DNA of 46,517 nt from Bacteroidales bacterium. GTDB taxonomy: Bacteria; Bacteroidota; Bacteroidia; Bacteroidales; WCHB1-69. The stretch is taken from assembly GCA_031287215.1 (NCBI GenBank), contig JAITTF010000222.1:1-46517 (forward strand), in the 5' to 3' direction. Below, in pieces: positions 26,439 through 35,816 of the stretch; position 1 is the first letter of the stretch, and the number at the start of each line of letters is the position of its first letter. Under the pieces are notes generated by a model. That model did no database searches. It was not told the origin of the DNA and was given only the letters and a program-made list of their open reading frames with translations. Both the position numbers and the translations under genes were made by a program.

Positions 26439-27412
26439 TCTTGAATATTCTTTTCAAATTGTTTATTTTCCCAATCTTCATATTTTTGAATAATTTGGGT
26501 AACCAAACGATGTCGAACTACATCTCCTTGACCGAGAAAAATAAAGTCAATACCTTCAATATCTTTCAAAATGCGTGTAGTAAGTGCAAGCCCTGAATGT
26601 TGGTGTTTAGGTAGGTCAATCTGAGTTAAATCACCTGTAATGAAGAATTTTGCATTTTTACCCATTCTGGTTAGGAACATTTTAATCTGTTTTTCGGTAG
26701 CATTTTGGGCTTCATCAAGAATCACACAAGCATTATCTAAAGTTCTACCTCTCATAAAAGCTAAAGGAGCAATTTCAATCGTTTTATCTTCCAAATAAGA
26801 GACCAATTTTTGCATGGGCATCATATCCCAAAGGGCATCATAGAGAGGTTGTAAGTAGGGATCCAGTTTATCGCGAAGATCTCCGGGCAGGAAGCCCAAA
26901 TTCTCACCTGCTTCTACCGCAGGACGGGTGAGAATAATCCGTTTTATCTGCTTATTCTTCAAGGCTCTCACAGCCAAAGCAACAGCGGTATAAGTTTTAC
27001 CGGTACCGGCAGGACCAATAGCAAAAACGATGTCGTTTTTAGCGGCACTCTCTACTAATCTTTTCTGGTTTGGTGTGATCGCTTTGATAATTTTGCCGTC
27101 TTTACCGTGTAAAATAACATTATCAGCATTAGCATTCTGTTCTAAACGGTAAAAAGAATCATCTTCGGCAATTGTGATATTGAGAATATCGCTCTCCGTA
27201 AGTTGTCCAAAACGCTCTAAATGGACAATTAACAGTTGCAGCAGGTCTATAAAACCCTGTAATTCATGCTCTTCTCCTACTAATTTGAGTTCATTGCCAC
27301 GTGCTGTAATTCTTACTTTAGGATAAATATTTTTCAGCAGATCTATATTGGCATTTTTTACACCATATAATCCACCCACAATATAATTTTCAAGTTCTAA
27401 TATAGTTTCCAT
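26435..27412 (-). CDS. phoH: PhoH-family ATPase
   Basis: Walker A GPAGTGKTY, ILTRPAVEAGE.LGFLPGD, Walker B ILDEAQN and FITGDLTQIDLP. Confidence 0.9.
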   Translation of the reverse strand: METILELENYIVGGLYGVKNANIDLLKNIYPKVRITARGNELKLVGEEHELQGFIDLLQLLIVHLERFGQLTESDILNITIAEDDSFYRLEQNANADNVILHGKDGKIIKAITPNQKRLVESAAKNDIVFAIGPAGTGKTYTAVALAVRALKNKQIKRIILTRPAVEAGENLGFLPGDLRDKLDPYLQPLYDALWDMMPMQKLVSYLEDKTIEIAPLAFMRGRTLDNACVILDEAQNATEKQIKMFLTRMGKNAKFFITGDLTQIDLPKHQHSGLALTTRILKDIEGIDFIFLGQGDVVRHRLVTQIIQKYEDWENKQFEKNIQE

Positions 27413-27417
27413 CCCGA

Positions 27418-28962
27418 TTATTTTATTGAGTAATCATTCCACTTGATCTCTACGCCATTTTTATAAAAATCTGAAACAAGCAGATCCCCATTTTCATTAT
27501 ATCTATGCCACAACCCTTCACGTACTCCGGTAACATATTTCCCTGTCAATTTCATATTTCCATTCTCCCAATAGGTAGTATATTTACCGTTAGGAATATC
27601 CTGATCATATTCAATCTCTGAGTAAAGATTTCCATTTTCGTACCATGATTTCCAAATTCCTTGTTGATTTCCTTCGTAATAGTTTCCTTTTTCAGTAATA
27701 AGATTATGTTTAAAACTCCAATCTCCATCCTTTTCGCCATAGACATATTGTCCTTTAGCTATAATGCCTCCTTTTTCATCATATTCAACGTAATCGCCCT
27801 CTAATTTCCCTGCTTCCCAATTTTCTTCTAATAACGGCGATCCGTCAGGGTAATACCAAACCCAATAACCTGTTTTTTGCCCTTTTTTATCATATTGTCC
27901 GGTTATCTCAACGGTTTTATCGGTAAGATAGTATTTCCACTTTCCGGTGGGATTAGAATTGAGATAATGACCTTCTGAGCGTAGTTCGCCAGTTTCATAA
28001 AATTCTTTCCACAGCCCTTGTCTCAATCCATTTTCATCGGTAACACCTTCAAAGATCAGTATCCCGTTTCTAAAAACATATCCTTTAATGATTTTCCCTG
28101 TTGTATCATATTCTCTACGAATACCTTCCGGAGTACCTTTGTAAAAAGTAGCAGAAATGGCGACTATGCCATTGTTATGGTAGGTAGTTTTTTTATCTAA
28201 AATTTTCACTTCAGGGGCATCCAAGACAAGTCGGTCATTTTCAAATTTTTCCACTTTTTCAAATTGACCATTCAAATCATAATATTTAAAAAAACCATTT
28301 CTTTTATCATTTTGATAATAACCTTCCAATTTAAGGTTTCCATTTGCCCAAAAGAACTTCCAATTGCCCTGTTTATAGCCAAAACGATCGGTACGATTTA
28401 TAAATTCGCGGCGCGTCATAACTCCTCTATAAAAACTAGTAATCGCCGTAACTAATCCCTTCCTATTGTACTCTTTTTCCATACCATGCGGAAACCCATC
28501 GGTGTAAGGGGTACTTTTTTTAATTAAACTATCAGCATAATAAACATTTACATTTCCAATAATGGTATCCATTTGCCATTGATCGATAATAAATTCCTGA
28601 TCTAAATACTGAACCCGAACCCCATCTTTTTTCCCTTGTCTATAATGGATCTCCAATGTTTTTTCGCCATTATCATGATAAAAAGTCCAAATACTATCTA
28701 ATTGAAAATTCTTTCTATTTCCTTCAGAGACCAAAATTCCTTGCGGGTTATAGGATTTCCACCAGCCATCAGGTTGACCGTCAATCATCAAACCCTCACT
28801 TGATTTTACCCCGTTAGGATAGTAAAAAATCTTATAATTGTCGGATAAAGTATCTTGGGAAAAGAGTGAAGGCAATGAGAATAGACAACAGAAAGCTAAT
28901 AGAAGAAAAGTACTGTTCTTCCATATCGTAACGTTGTCATGAAAAATTTTTAAAAAGGTCAA
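27418..28962 (-). CDS. MORN-repeat-variant (YwqK-like) repeat protein, secreted
   Basis: Many repeats of the form G.W..YY.NG.....G.Y..G...G.W. Hydrophobic N-terminal signal. TTG start; the start position is uncertain. Confidence 0.7.
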   Translation of the reverse strand: MTFLKIFHDNVTIWKNSTFLLLAFCCLFSLPSLFSQDTLSDNYKIFYYPNGVKSSEGLMIDGQPDGWWKSYNPQGILVSEGNRKNFQLDSIWTFYHDNGEKTLEIHYRQGKKDGVRVQYLDQEFIIDQWQMDTIIGNVNVYYADSLIKKSTPYTDGFPHGMEKEYNRKGLVTAITSFYRGVMTRREFINRTDRFGYKQGNWKFFWANGNLKLEGYYQNDKRNGFFKYYDLNGQFEKVEKFENDRLVLDAPEVKILDKKTTYHNNGIVAISATFYKGTPEGIRREYDTTGKIIKGYVFRNGILIFEGVTDENGLRQGLWKEFYETGELRSEGHYLNSNPTGKWKYYLTDKTVEITGQYDKKGQKTGYWVWYYPDGSPLLEENWEAGKLEGDYVEYDEKGGIIAKGQYVYGEKDGDWSFKHNLITEKGNYYEGNQQGIWKSWYENGNLYSEIEYDQDIPNGKYTTYWENGNMKLTGKYVTGVREGLWHRYNENGDLLVSDFYKNGVEIKWNDYSIK

Positions 28963-28976
28963 ATCGTGTTGTTTTT

Positions 28977-29552
28977 TTAAACTAAATTAGCAAAGCCCAT
29001 AAAAGCAAGAGCCAAGATACCAGCAGTAATGAGGGCAATAGGGACACCTTGCATGCCTTTGGGAATGTCCACCAAATCCATTTGTTCTCTGAGACCTGCA
29101 AAAATAACGATAGCGAGTGTAAACCCTACAGCAGAAGCTACGGTATAAACAACGCTTTGAGTAATACTATCGGCAAATTTTTGTGTAACCAGAATTGCAA
29201 CTCCTAATACGGCACAATTAGTAGTAATAAGAGGTAAAAAAATGCCTAACGCCTGATATAAAGAGGGACTTATTTTTTTTAAAATAATCTCTACCATTTG
29301 AACTAAAGCCGCAATAATGAGAATAAAAGTGATCGTTTGAAGGAAGTTAAGATTAAACGGCATGAGTACATACTTATTAATCAGAGAAGTAACCAAAGTG
29401 GCTAAGGTCATCACAAATATAACGGCTACTCCCATACCGAGAGCAGTATTTATTTTACTGGATACCCCAAAAAAAGGGCAAATTCCGAGAAATTGTGATA
29501 AGATAATATTGTTGACCAATACAGCTCCAATGATGATAATGATGTATTCCAT
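28977..29552 (-). CDS. rnfA: Rnf electron-transport complex subunit A
   Basis: VLVNNIILSQFLGICPFFGVSSKINTALGMGVAVIFVMTLA is a close match to the RnfA/RsxA N-terminal pattern. 191 aa with 6 TM segments. Confidence 0.85.
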   Translation of the reverse strand: MEYIIIIIGAVLVNNIILSQFLGICPFFGVSSKINTALGMGVAVIFVMTLATLVTSLINKYVLMPFNLNFLQTITFILIIAALVQMVEIILKKISPSLYQALGIFLPLITTNCAVLGVAILVTQKFADSITQSVVYTVASAVGFTLAIVIFAGLREQMDLVDIPKGMQGVPIALITAGILALAFMGFANLV

Positions 29553-29582
29553 AATGCAATATAATTAATCGTAATAATGATG

Positions 29583-29590
29583 CAAAAATA
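29583..29590 (-). promoter_or_regulatory. -7 promoter box TATTTTTG (rnfA)
   Basis: caaaaata on the + strand. It lies between the terminator of the upstream giant gene and the rnfA ATG at 29552. Confidence 0.45.
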
Positions 29591-29610
29591 CAAAAAAAAC
29601 AGATAAAAAA

Positions 29611-29639
29611 AAGGAGAAAGAATTATTTTCTTTCTCCTT
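29611..29639 (-). terminator. Rho-independent terminator of the 1982-aa gene
   Basis: 12-bp perfect stem aaggagaaagaa (29611-29622) / ttctttctcctt (29628-29639) with loop ttatt. On the minus strand the hairpin is followed by TTTTTTTTATCTGTTTTTTTT. It lies about 20 nt after the stop codon. Confidence 0.8.
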
Positions 29640-29659
29640 TAAGAATTAATCAATTAAGA

Positions 29660-32600
29660 TTATTCAACGATTAATTTTTGAATTGTGCTCTTACCCTCTG
29701 ATACAACTTTAACGAAGTATAGACCTGATGAGAGGTTCAAATTCAAACCATTATTATTAACTGTATGAGTAGAAACTAATTTACCGGCTACATTGAAGAT
29801 AGATACTTCAGCAGTTCTTTCAGTTTCAATCATTACCCAACCTGTAGTAGGATTAGGATAGATTCTAACAGGTAATTCATGGATATTAGCAATACTAACT
29901 CTTGCATCAACATAATTAGCTTCTACTTCACAACCATCATAGATAGGTCTCACTGAGAAAATATGTAATCCATCAGGAACTTGAGTAATGATTACAGGAG
30001 AACCAGCAACATTACCAAATAATGTACCATCTACAGTAACTTCATAACTTAATGGAGTTCCTATAGGTGCAGTCCATGTAAGAGTAACTGTGTGTCCATC
30101 AACTGCGGCTGCAAGGTTGGTAACTGGTTCACATGAAGCACTTCTTAAGATAACAAACGTTGCATGTTGACCACCGTCTCCACCTGCTACATATACAAAT
30201 TCACCTGTTGACAGATCATAATAACCATAATCATATTCATCTCCACAAGTAAAAGTATATAATTTTTCATCTACAATATCATAAGAAACGTCTTGTCCAT
30301 AGTTAATATCGATACCCAGAGAGCCAATTACAGTTTGCACACCGGTTGCCGGATCAATTTTATAAAGCATATCATCTGCCAATCCAGGACCATAGATAAA
30401 ACCATCACTTGCAAAGTCAATACCTATAATCATATTTTGTTGTGTCCCGGTACCTACTAATGTAGCTTGTCTGGTTGAAAGATTAAGGGTATATAAAGCA
30501 GTCGTATTACTACCTGTAATTGCGCTCAAATACATCGTTGAGGTGGCTCTATTATAAGCCAATCCCGTGGGAGTACCTGTAGCACCTGTAATAGCACCAA
30601 GTTGAGTAAATGTTCCTGTTGCAACAGCACCTATGTTGAAGTTTTCTAACACTCTATAGATGGTTGTTCCATCATAAGCTTCAGCCATTGGAAATGGAGA
30701 AGAAGCGATAGCACCAAAAGAAGTTAACACTTGTCCTGTAGATACTGCTACTGAACTATAAGAGCCATCTGTGGTATTTCCTGTGAAAGCTTCAATATTA
30801 GCTACAAGAACTGAAAGAGACATCGTATTATTTGCCGGATAAGCATCATCAGCGATAGTAACAGTTGCTGTTAAAGTATGGTTACCTGCTGCAGGTGTCC
30901 ATGAATCCATTGTGATAACTGTTTGTTCTATTGCGGCTAAAGCAACACCATTTTTAGTACTGGTATAACTACCACCATCGGTTAATGTAACAGTCCATGC
31001 TGCACCAACAGCCCAACCATTATTCTTAACAGTAACAGTAGGAGCTACGGTTACACCCGGAGTTACCCAAGCTGGAGCAATGTTATTAACCAATAAATCG
31101 GTGAAGTCGTGTGAACAAAGCTGTGTATAAGTATGTAAAGTACCTGCAAATGGTTCTCCTGTCTGTTCATAAATGAGAGCACCGTAGTTGTCATATACTT
31201 CAAAAGTAACTTCATCGTCATACGTACCTGCTACCCATACTAATTGAGTAGAGAGATTGTTGAATACTTCAACATCTACAGTTCCTTCTGAACCACTACC
31301 TAAAGAAGCAGAACCAATAGTAGAGCCATTTTGAACTATTTGTAAAGAACCTCCATTCCAACCGTCACCCCATGCATCATGCATGTTTACAGTAATGTTA
31401 CAGGTCTGTCCAATAGTAACCTGAGTAGAAACACCCGTAGGAATACAACCGGTAGAATAGATAGCTTTAACTGTATAGGTGTAGAAACCGATAGTAAGTG
31501 TATTATCATTGTAGGTTAAAGCAGTTTGAGTCGATACTAAAACACCATTACGATATACCTCATAATTAGTAGGAGTACCCGGAGCTGCTGTCCATGTTAA
31601 TGTTACATTGTTATTATCTGCACCTGAAATAGTTGCATTTAGATTTGTGATAGGATCACAGAAGTTTCCTTTTGTAATAACAAAAGTAGCATGTTGTTGT
31701 CCATCACCACCATTAATTTGTACAAATGCACCTGTTGTAAGGTCATAATAACCATAAGCATAAACACCACAAGTATAAGAATACAATTTATCAGCATCTA
31801 CGTCGAAAGAGACATCTTGTCCATAATTGATATTAATTCCAAGAGGTCCGATTGCAGTTTGAGCACCTGTAGCAGGGTCAATTTTATACAAAATATCATC
31901 CGCTAAACCAGGTCCGTAAATGAAACCATCGTTAGCAAAATCAATAGCAATAAGCATGTTGGCTACGGTACCGGTTCCTATTAAAGTAGCGGTTAAACTA
32001 CCTACATTCAATGAATATAAAGAAGTGGTGTTAGAACTTGTTGCAACTGACATAAACATATTCCCGCTATTCATATCAAATGCTAAACCTGTTGGGGTAC
32101 CTGTATATCCGGAAATAATACCCAGTGTAGTCTCAGCTCCTGTAATAGGGTTAACAGTTCCTAAAGTACCACTATTGTGTAATCTATAAATGTTGGTTCC
32201 ATCATACTCTTCTGCCATTGGAAAATCAGCTGATGCAATGGAACCTATAGCTGCAAGGGTACTTCCATCAACAGTATTAACAGCATTGTATGCTTCTGAA
32301 GTAGTATTTCCTGTATATGCAACATAATTTCCAACATAAACACCTACAGAAGTTATATTATCTCCAGGATAATGTTCACCAGTAACTGTAACTGTAGCAG
32401 TTAATGTATATTCTCCATCGGCAGGAGTCCAGGTATCCATATTAATAGTTGTGGATGCTAAGAAAGCAAGGGCAGTGCCCGTTTTAGTACTGGTATAACT
32501 ACCGCCATTGGTTAAAGTAACCGTCCAAGTAGCATCAACTGCAATACCATTATTTTTGACGGTAACAGTAGGAATAACTGTTCCACCGGCAGGTACATAA

Positions 32601-35600
32601 GTAGGAGTGATTGACATAGCTGTCAAATTGACTACATTAGTTAAACAAGCTTGGGTATAAGAATGAAGAACACCAGTAGAAGGAGCACTCGTTTGTGCAT
32701 AGATAAGACTTCCATCGGCAGTATTGACTTCAAATGTTATTTCACTATCATAAGAACCTGCTTGCCATACCAATTGAGTAGCAAGTCCGTCAAAAACAGT
32801 AATAGTAGCAGTACCTTCATATCCGTTAGCTATTGTAGCAGTACCAACTTGACTTCCATTTTGCATAATTTTCAGTGCACCACCATTCCAACCGTCTCCA
32901 TAAGAGTCGTGCATAACAACAGTAATAGTACATAGATCACCAATAGCTATGTTTGTAGAAACACCTATAGGAGTACAACTTGCACCATAATTAGCTTTAA
33001 CGGTATAGGTATGATTACCCACAGGAACAGTATTGTCCGTATAAGTTAAAGCAGTAACAGTATTTAGTAAAACACCATCGCGAAGAACGTCATAATTAAC
33101 CGGAGTACCTGTAGCTGTCCATGTTAAAGTAACATTACCACCAGCAAATTGAGAGGTTAAATTAGCAACAGGATCACATAAAGTAGCCATTTTTGTAATG
33201 ACAAATGTTCCTATTTGTCCTGTAATAGTGCTGATAGCATTAAATGCACCCGTATTGAGGTCATAATAACCAAAATTACGAGTTTGACCTGTAGGGGTAC
33301 AAGTATAAGTATATAGTTTATCTTCTACCATATCATAAGATACATCTTGACCATAAGCAATAGTAATATTCATAGGACCTACAGCAGTAGTAGCACCTGT
33401 TGATGGATCTATTTTATACAAGATCCCGTCTATTTGTCCGGGACCATACAAAAATCCATCATTAGCAAAATCCACACCTCTGATCAAAGCGGTACATGTA
33501 CCGGTTCCAACCAATGTAGCATGAAAAGTAGTCATATCCAGTGTATATAAATTTGGATTGTAAGAGTTAGTTGCAGTTAAAATATACCATACGCCTGAAG
33601 AATGATTATAAGCCAATCCTTGTGGAGTACCTGTTAATCCGGTAATGGTACCAACTTGAACATAGTTTCCACCATTAACAGTACCAATAGTACCATTATC
33701 ATACAATCTGTATACATTAGTGCCGTCAAATTCTTCACCCATTGGGAAAAGCGGACTACCTGAAATAGTACCTAATGCAACAACTTCAGCACCGTCTGCA
33801 AGATTCACTCCGGCATAAACGGTTGAAGTAGTATTTCCATAGAAAGCATCAATTTGCATTACAAGACAAGAAACTATTTTTTCATTATCTGACAGATCAC
33901 CATCACCTGTAGCTGTAACTGTAGCAGTGAGGGTATGGGTACCAGCTACCGGAGTCCAAGCATCCATATTGATGGTTGTATAAGCTAAGAATCCTAATTC
34001 AACGCCGGTTTTTGTGCTGGTATAAGAACCACCATCGGTCAAGGTAACCGTCCAAGTAGCACCGATAGGATCTCCCATATTTCTTATGGTAACAGTTGGA
34101 ACCACTGGAACATCAGGATTAGCAAATGTAGGAGTAACTGCATTAACGGCTAAGTTAACAGGAAATACTTCACAAGACGTTGTAAAAGTAGTACAGGTTT
34201 CGGAAGGGTATCCGGCAGTATTGCGTGGGTGCACAAAGATAGATACACCTGAAACATATTCAACTTCAAAAGAGACTTCTGTTGAATACGAACCTGCTGT
34301 CCATACTAAATCAGTAGCAACTCCTGAAGGGAGCAAAACGTTTGCAATACCCTCATAGCCGGTAGTAATAGTCATAGTAGGTCCTACTTGAGCACCATTT
34401 TGCATAAAAGTAAGTGTACCGCCATTCCAGCCATCACCGTAACTGTCGTGCATATAAACTACAACTTCGCATTGTGAGGCAACTACAGTTGTAATTGACA
34501 TCGAATTATTGACCGGAGCAACATCAAGTGCACATGTAACGGTAGCAGTCAAAGTGTATGTACCATCAGCAGGAGTCCAAGAATCCATATTAATAGTAGC
34601 AGAGCCTCCCGCAGCAATTGCAACACCCGATTTGGTGCTGGTATAAGAGCCTCCATCGGTAAGTGTAACTGTCCAATCGGCTGCAGCAACAGCAATGCCA
34701 AGACTGGTAACGGTTACTGTAGGAATAGCAGTACTTCCTGAATATACAAAAGCAGGCGCGATCGCACTAACTTTTAAATCAACATCACTGACATCAACTA
34801 ATTCAATATTATCTACTGCCCAGCCATAAGCCCAGCTACCACCATCATCATAATAAAAACAGATGGTTACACTACTCATTCCTACGTAAGCAGACAAATC
34901 AAGTTCATGAGTTTCCCAGCCTATATTTGCACCTGGAGTCGGAGTATAGATATCTGACCATGTAGTACCGGCATCAGTAGAAACCTGCACTTTTAAAATA
35001 TCATTATAAAGATTGTTATAGAATTGATCAAAAATAATCTTGAGAGCACCCACAGACGAGAAATTCTGAACAGGGAGTATCATCCTAGCATTTGTAGAAA
35101 GCACAGAAGCACCAAACCCATCATCATTTATATAAGCGTAGGTTGTATGAGCTGGAATCGGAAAATAGGTAGATTGTCCTGAAGTTCCAACTTGCCATGC
35201 ACCACCTGCATCTTGGGTTAAGGTAAATCCTGCAGGCATTCCACCTTCAAAATCCCAAAAGGCGATTTGACCTCTTGTATAAGTTCTGTTGGCAGAAAGA
35301 TCGGTTCCGGTATAAGGAGTAGAAATCTTTACAAAAGGTCTCTCTTCTATAACAGAATTCTCAATCGGAGCACGGTTCTGAGTATTTAAGTCAGAAATTC
35401 CACTACGACCTTCTCTTGTCGGAGCTACAATTTCAGGAACTTTCCCCAGGGAATGATCCGAAGTTGACATTGTTTTGGGAGCCTTAGGAACTACCGTAGA
35501 TTCCTTGTCGACTCTACCAACTGAATTGACAGTACTTTTGGTCTGCGCATTCAAATTGACACCTATTAACATTATAAATGCTAATAGAAAAATTAAATGT

Positions 35601-35608
35601 TTTTTCAT
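29660..35608 (-). CDS. Giant modular T9SS-secreted surface protein (adhesin-like)
   Basis: Signal peptide MKKHLIFLLAFIMLIGVNLNAQT. N-terminal FWDFEGGMPAGFT...YINDDG domain. Four CARDB-like modules (VTLTDGGSYTSTK). Three GDGWNGG modules, three propeller-like regions and three Fn3-like modules (VTLTWTA). The C-terminus ...RIYPNPTTGWVMIE...GLYFVKVVSEGKSTIQKLIVE is a T9SS type-A sorting domain (about 29663-29887). Confidence 0.85.
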   Translation of the reverse strand: MKKHLIFLLAFIMLIGVNLNAQTKSTVNSVGRVDKESTVVPKAPKTMSTSDHSLGKVPEIVAPTREGRSGISDLNTQNRAPIENSVIEERPFVKISTPYTGTDLSANRTYTRGQIAFWDFEGGMPAGFTLTQDAGGAWQVGTSGQSTYFPIPAHTTYAYINDDGFGASVLSTNARMILPVQNFSSVGALKIIFDQFYNNLYNDILKVQVSTDAGTTWSDIYTPTPGANIGWETHELDLSAYVGMSSVTICFYYDDGGSWAYGWAVDNIELVDVSDVDLKVSAIAPAFVYSGSTAIPTVTVTSLGIAVAAADWTVTLTDGGSYTSTKSGVAIAAGGSATINMDSWTPADGTYTLTATVTCALDVAPVNNSMSITTVVASQCEVVVYMHDSYGDGWNGGTLTFMQNGAQVGPTMTITTGYEGIANVLLPSGVATDLVWTAGSYSTEVSFEVEYVSGVSIFVHPRNTAGYPSETCTTFTTSCEVFPVNLAVNAVTPTFANPDVPVVPTVTIRNMGDPIGATWTVTLTDGGSYTSTKTGVELGFLAYTTINMDAWTPVAGTHTLTATVTATGDGDLSDNEKIVSCLVMQIDAFYGNTTSTVYAGVNLADGAEVVALGTISGSPLFPMGEEFDGTNVYRLYDNGTIGTVNGGNYVQVGTITGLTGTPQGLAYNHSSGVWYILTATNSYNPNLYTLDMTTFHATLVGTGTCTALIRGVDFANDGFLYGPGQIDGILYKIDPSTGATTAVGPMNITIAYGQDVSYDMVEDKLYTYTCTPTGQTRNFGYYDLNTGAFNAISTITGQIGTFVITKMATLCDPVANLTSQFAGGNVTLTWTATGTPVNYDVLRDGVLLNTVTALTYTDNTVPVGNHTYTVKANYGASCTPIGVSTNIAIGDLCTITVVMHDSYGDGWNGGALKIMQNGSQVGTATIANGYEGTATITVFDGLATQLVWQAGSYDSEITFEVNTADGSLIYAQTSAPSTGVLHSYTQACLTNVVNLTAMSITPTYVPAGGTVIPTVTVKNNGIAVDATWTVTLTNGGSYTSTKTGTALAFLASTTINMDTWTPADGEYTLTATVTVTGEHYPGDNITSVGVYVGNYVAYTGNTTSEAYNAVNTVDGSTLAAIGSIASADFPMAEEYDGTNIYRLHNSGTLGTVNPITGAETTLGIISGYTGTPTGLAFDMNSGNMFMSVATSSNTTSLYSLNVGSLTATLIGTGTVANMLIAIDFANDGFIYGPGLADDILYKIDPATGAQTAIGPLGININYGQDVSFDVDADKLYSYTCGVYAYGYYDLTTGAFVQINGGDGQQHATFVITKGNFCDPITNLNATISGADNNNVTLTWTAAPGTPTNYEVYRNGVLVSTQTALTYNDNTLTIGFYTYTVKAIYSTGCIPTGVSTQVTIGQTCNITVNMHDAWGDGWNGGSLQIVQNGSTIGSASLGSGSEGTVDVEVFNNLSTQLVWVAGTYDDEVTFEVYDNYGALIYEQTGEPFAGTLHTYTQLCSHDFTDLLVNNIAPAWVTPGVTVAPTVTVKNNGWAVGAAWTVTLTDGGSYTSTKNGVALAAIEQTVITMDSWTPAAGNHTLTATVTIADDAYPANNTMSLSVLVANIEAFTGNTTDGSYSSVAVSTGQVLTSFGAIASSPFPMAEAYDGTTIYRVLENFNIGAVATGTFTQLGAITGATGTPTGLAYNRATSTMYLSAITGSNTTALYTLNLSTRQATLVGTGTQQNMIIGIDFASDGFIYGPGLADDMLYKIDPATGVQTVIGSLGIDINYGQDVSYDIVDEKLYTFTCGDEYDYGYYDLSTGEFVYVAGGDGGQHATFVILRSASCEPVTNLAAAVDGHTVTLTWTAPIGTPLSYEVTVDGTLFGNVAGSPVIITQVPDGLHIFSVRPIYDGCEVEANYVDARVSIANIHELPVRIYPNPTTGWVMIETERTAEVSIFNVAGKLVSTHTVNNNGLNLNLSSGLYFVKVVSEGKSTIQKLIVE
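29909..34471 (-). repeat. Three in-frame tandem repeat units of about 1.53 kb (about 510 aa) inside the giant gene
   Basis: The MHD[SA][YW]GDGWNGG landmark codons fall at aa 386, 899 and 1409, giving periods of 513 and 510 aa. Approximate units are 32930-34471, 31400-32929 and 29909-31399. Synonymous sites are diverged between units. Confidence 0.85.
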
Positions 35609-35694
35609 AGTTAATAATTTTGGTTAAAAAAAAAGTTATTTAAATTTTTTTATTCTATTGATATTTTATTCTTTATTATTATAAATTACCGCTG

Positions 35695-35702
35695 CAAAGA
35701 TA
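35695..35702 (-). promoter_or_regulatory. -7 promoter box TATCTTTG (giant T9SS gene)
   Basis: caaagata on the + strand, about 87 nt upstream of the ATG at 35608. Confidence 0.45.
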
Positions 35703-35766
35703 AAACAATTATTTCAATTGAACATTAATTAATTTGTAAAAAATGCAATTGTTGATATTTTTTTAT

Positions 35767-35774
35767 TATTTTTG
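35767..35774 (+). promoter_or_regulatory. -7 promoter box TATTTTTG (sufB)
   Basis: Matches TAnnTTTG, 43 nt before the ATG at 35817. Confidence 0.45.
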
Positions 35775-35816
35775 TCAAGTCAATTTGATTTAAATAAATG
35801 ATTAATAATTAATATA

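Noticed and set aside
31691-34358. Several 70-94-aa + strand ORFs inside the giant gene, and similar ones inside the czcA-like and 1525-aa genes
   Set aside because: All are antisense to long, well-supported ORFs and carry no motifs.
29909-34471. Large direct repeats, considered as a possible CRISPR array, mobile element or assembly duplication
   Set aside because: The repeats are 1.5 kb long, in frame and protein-coding, with diverged synonymous sites. They are domain duplications within one ORF.
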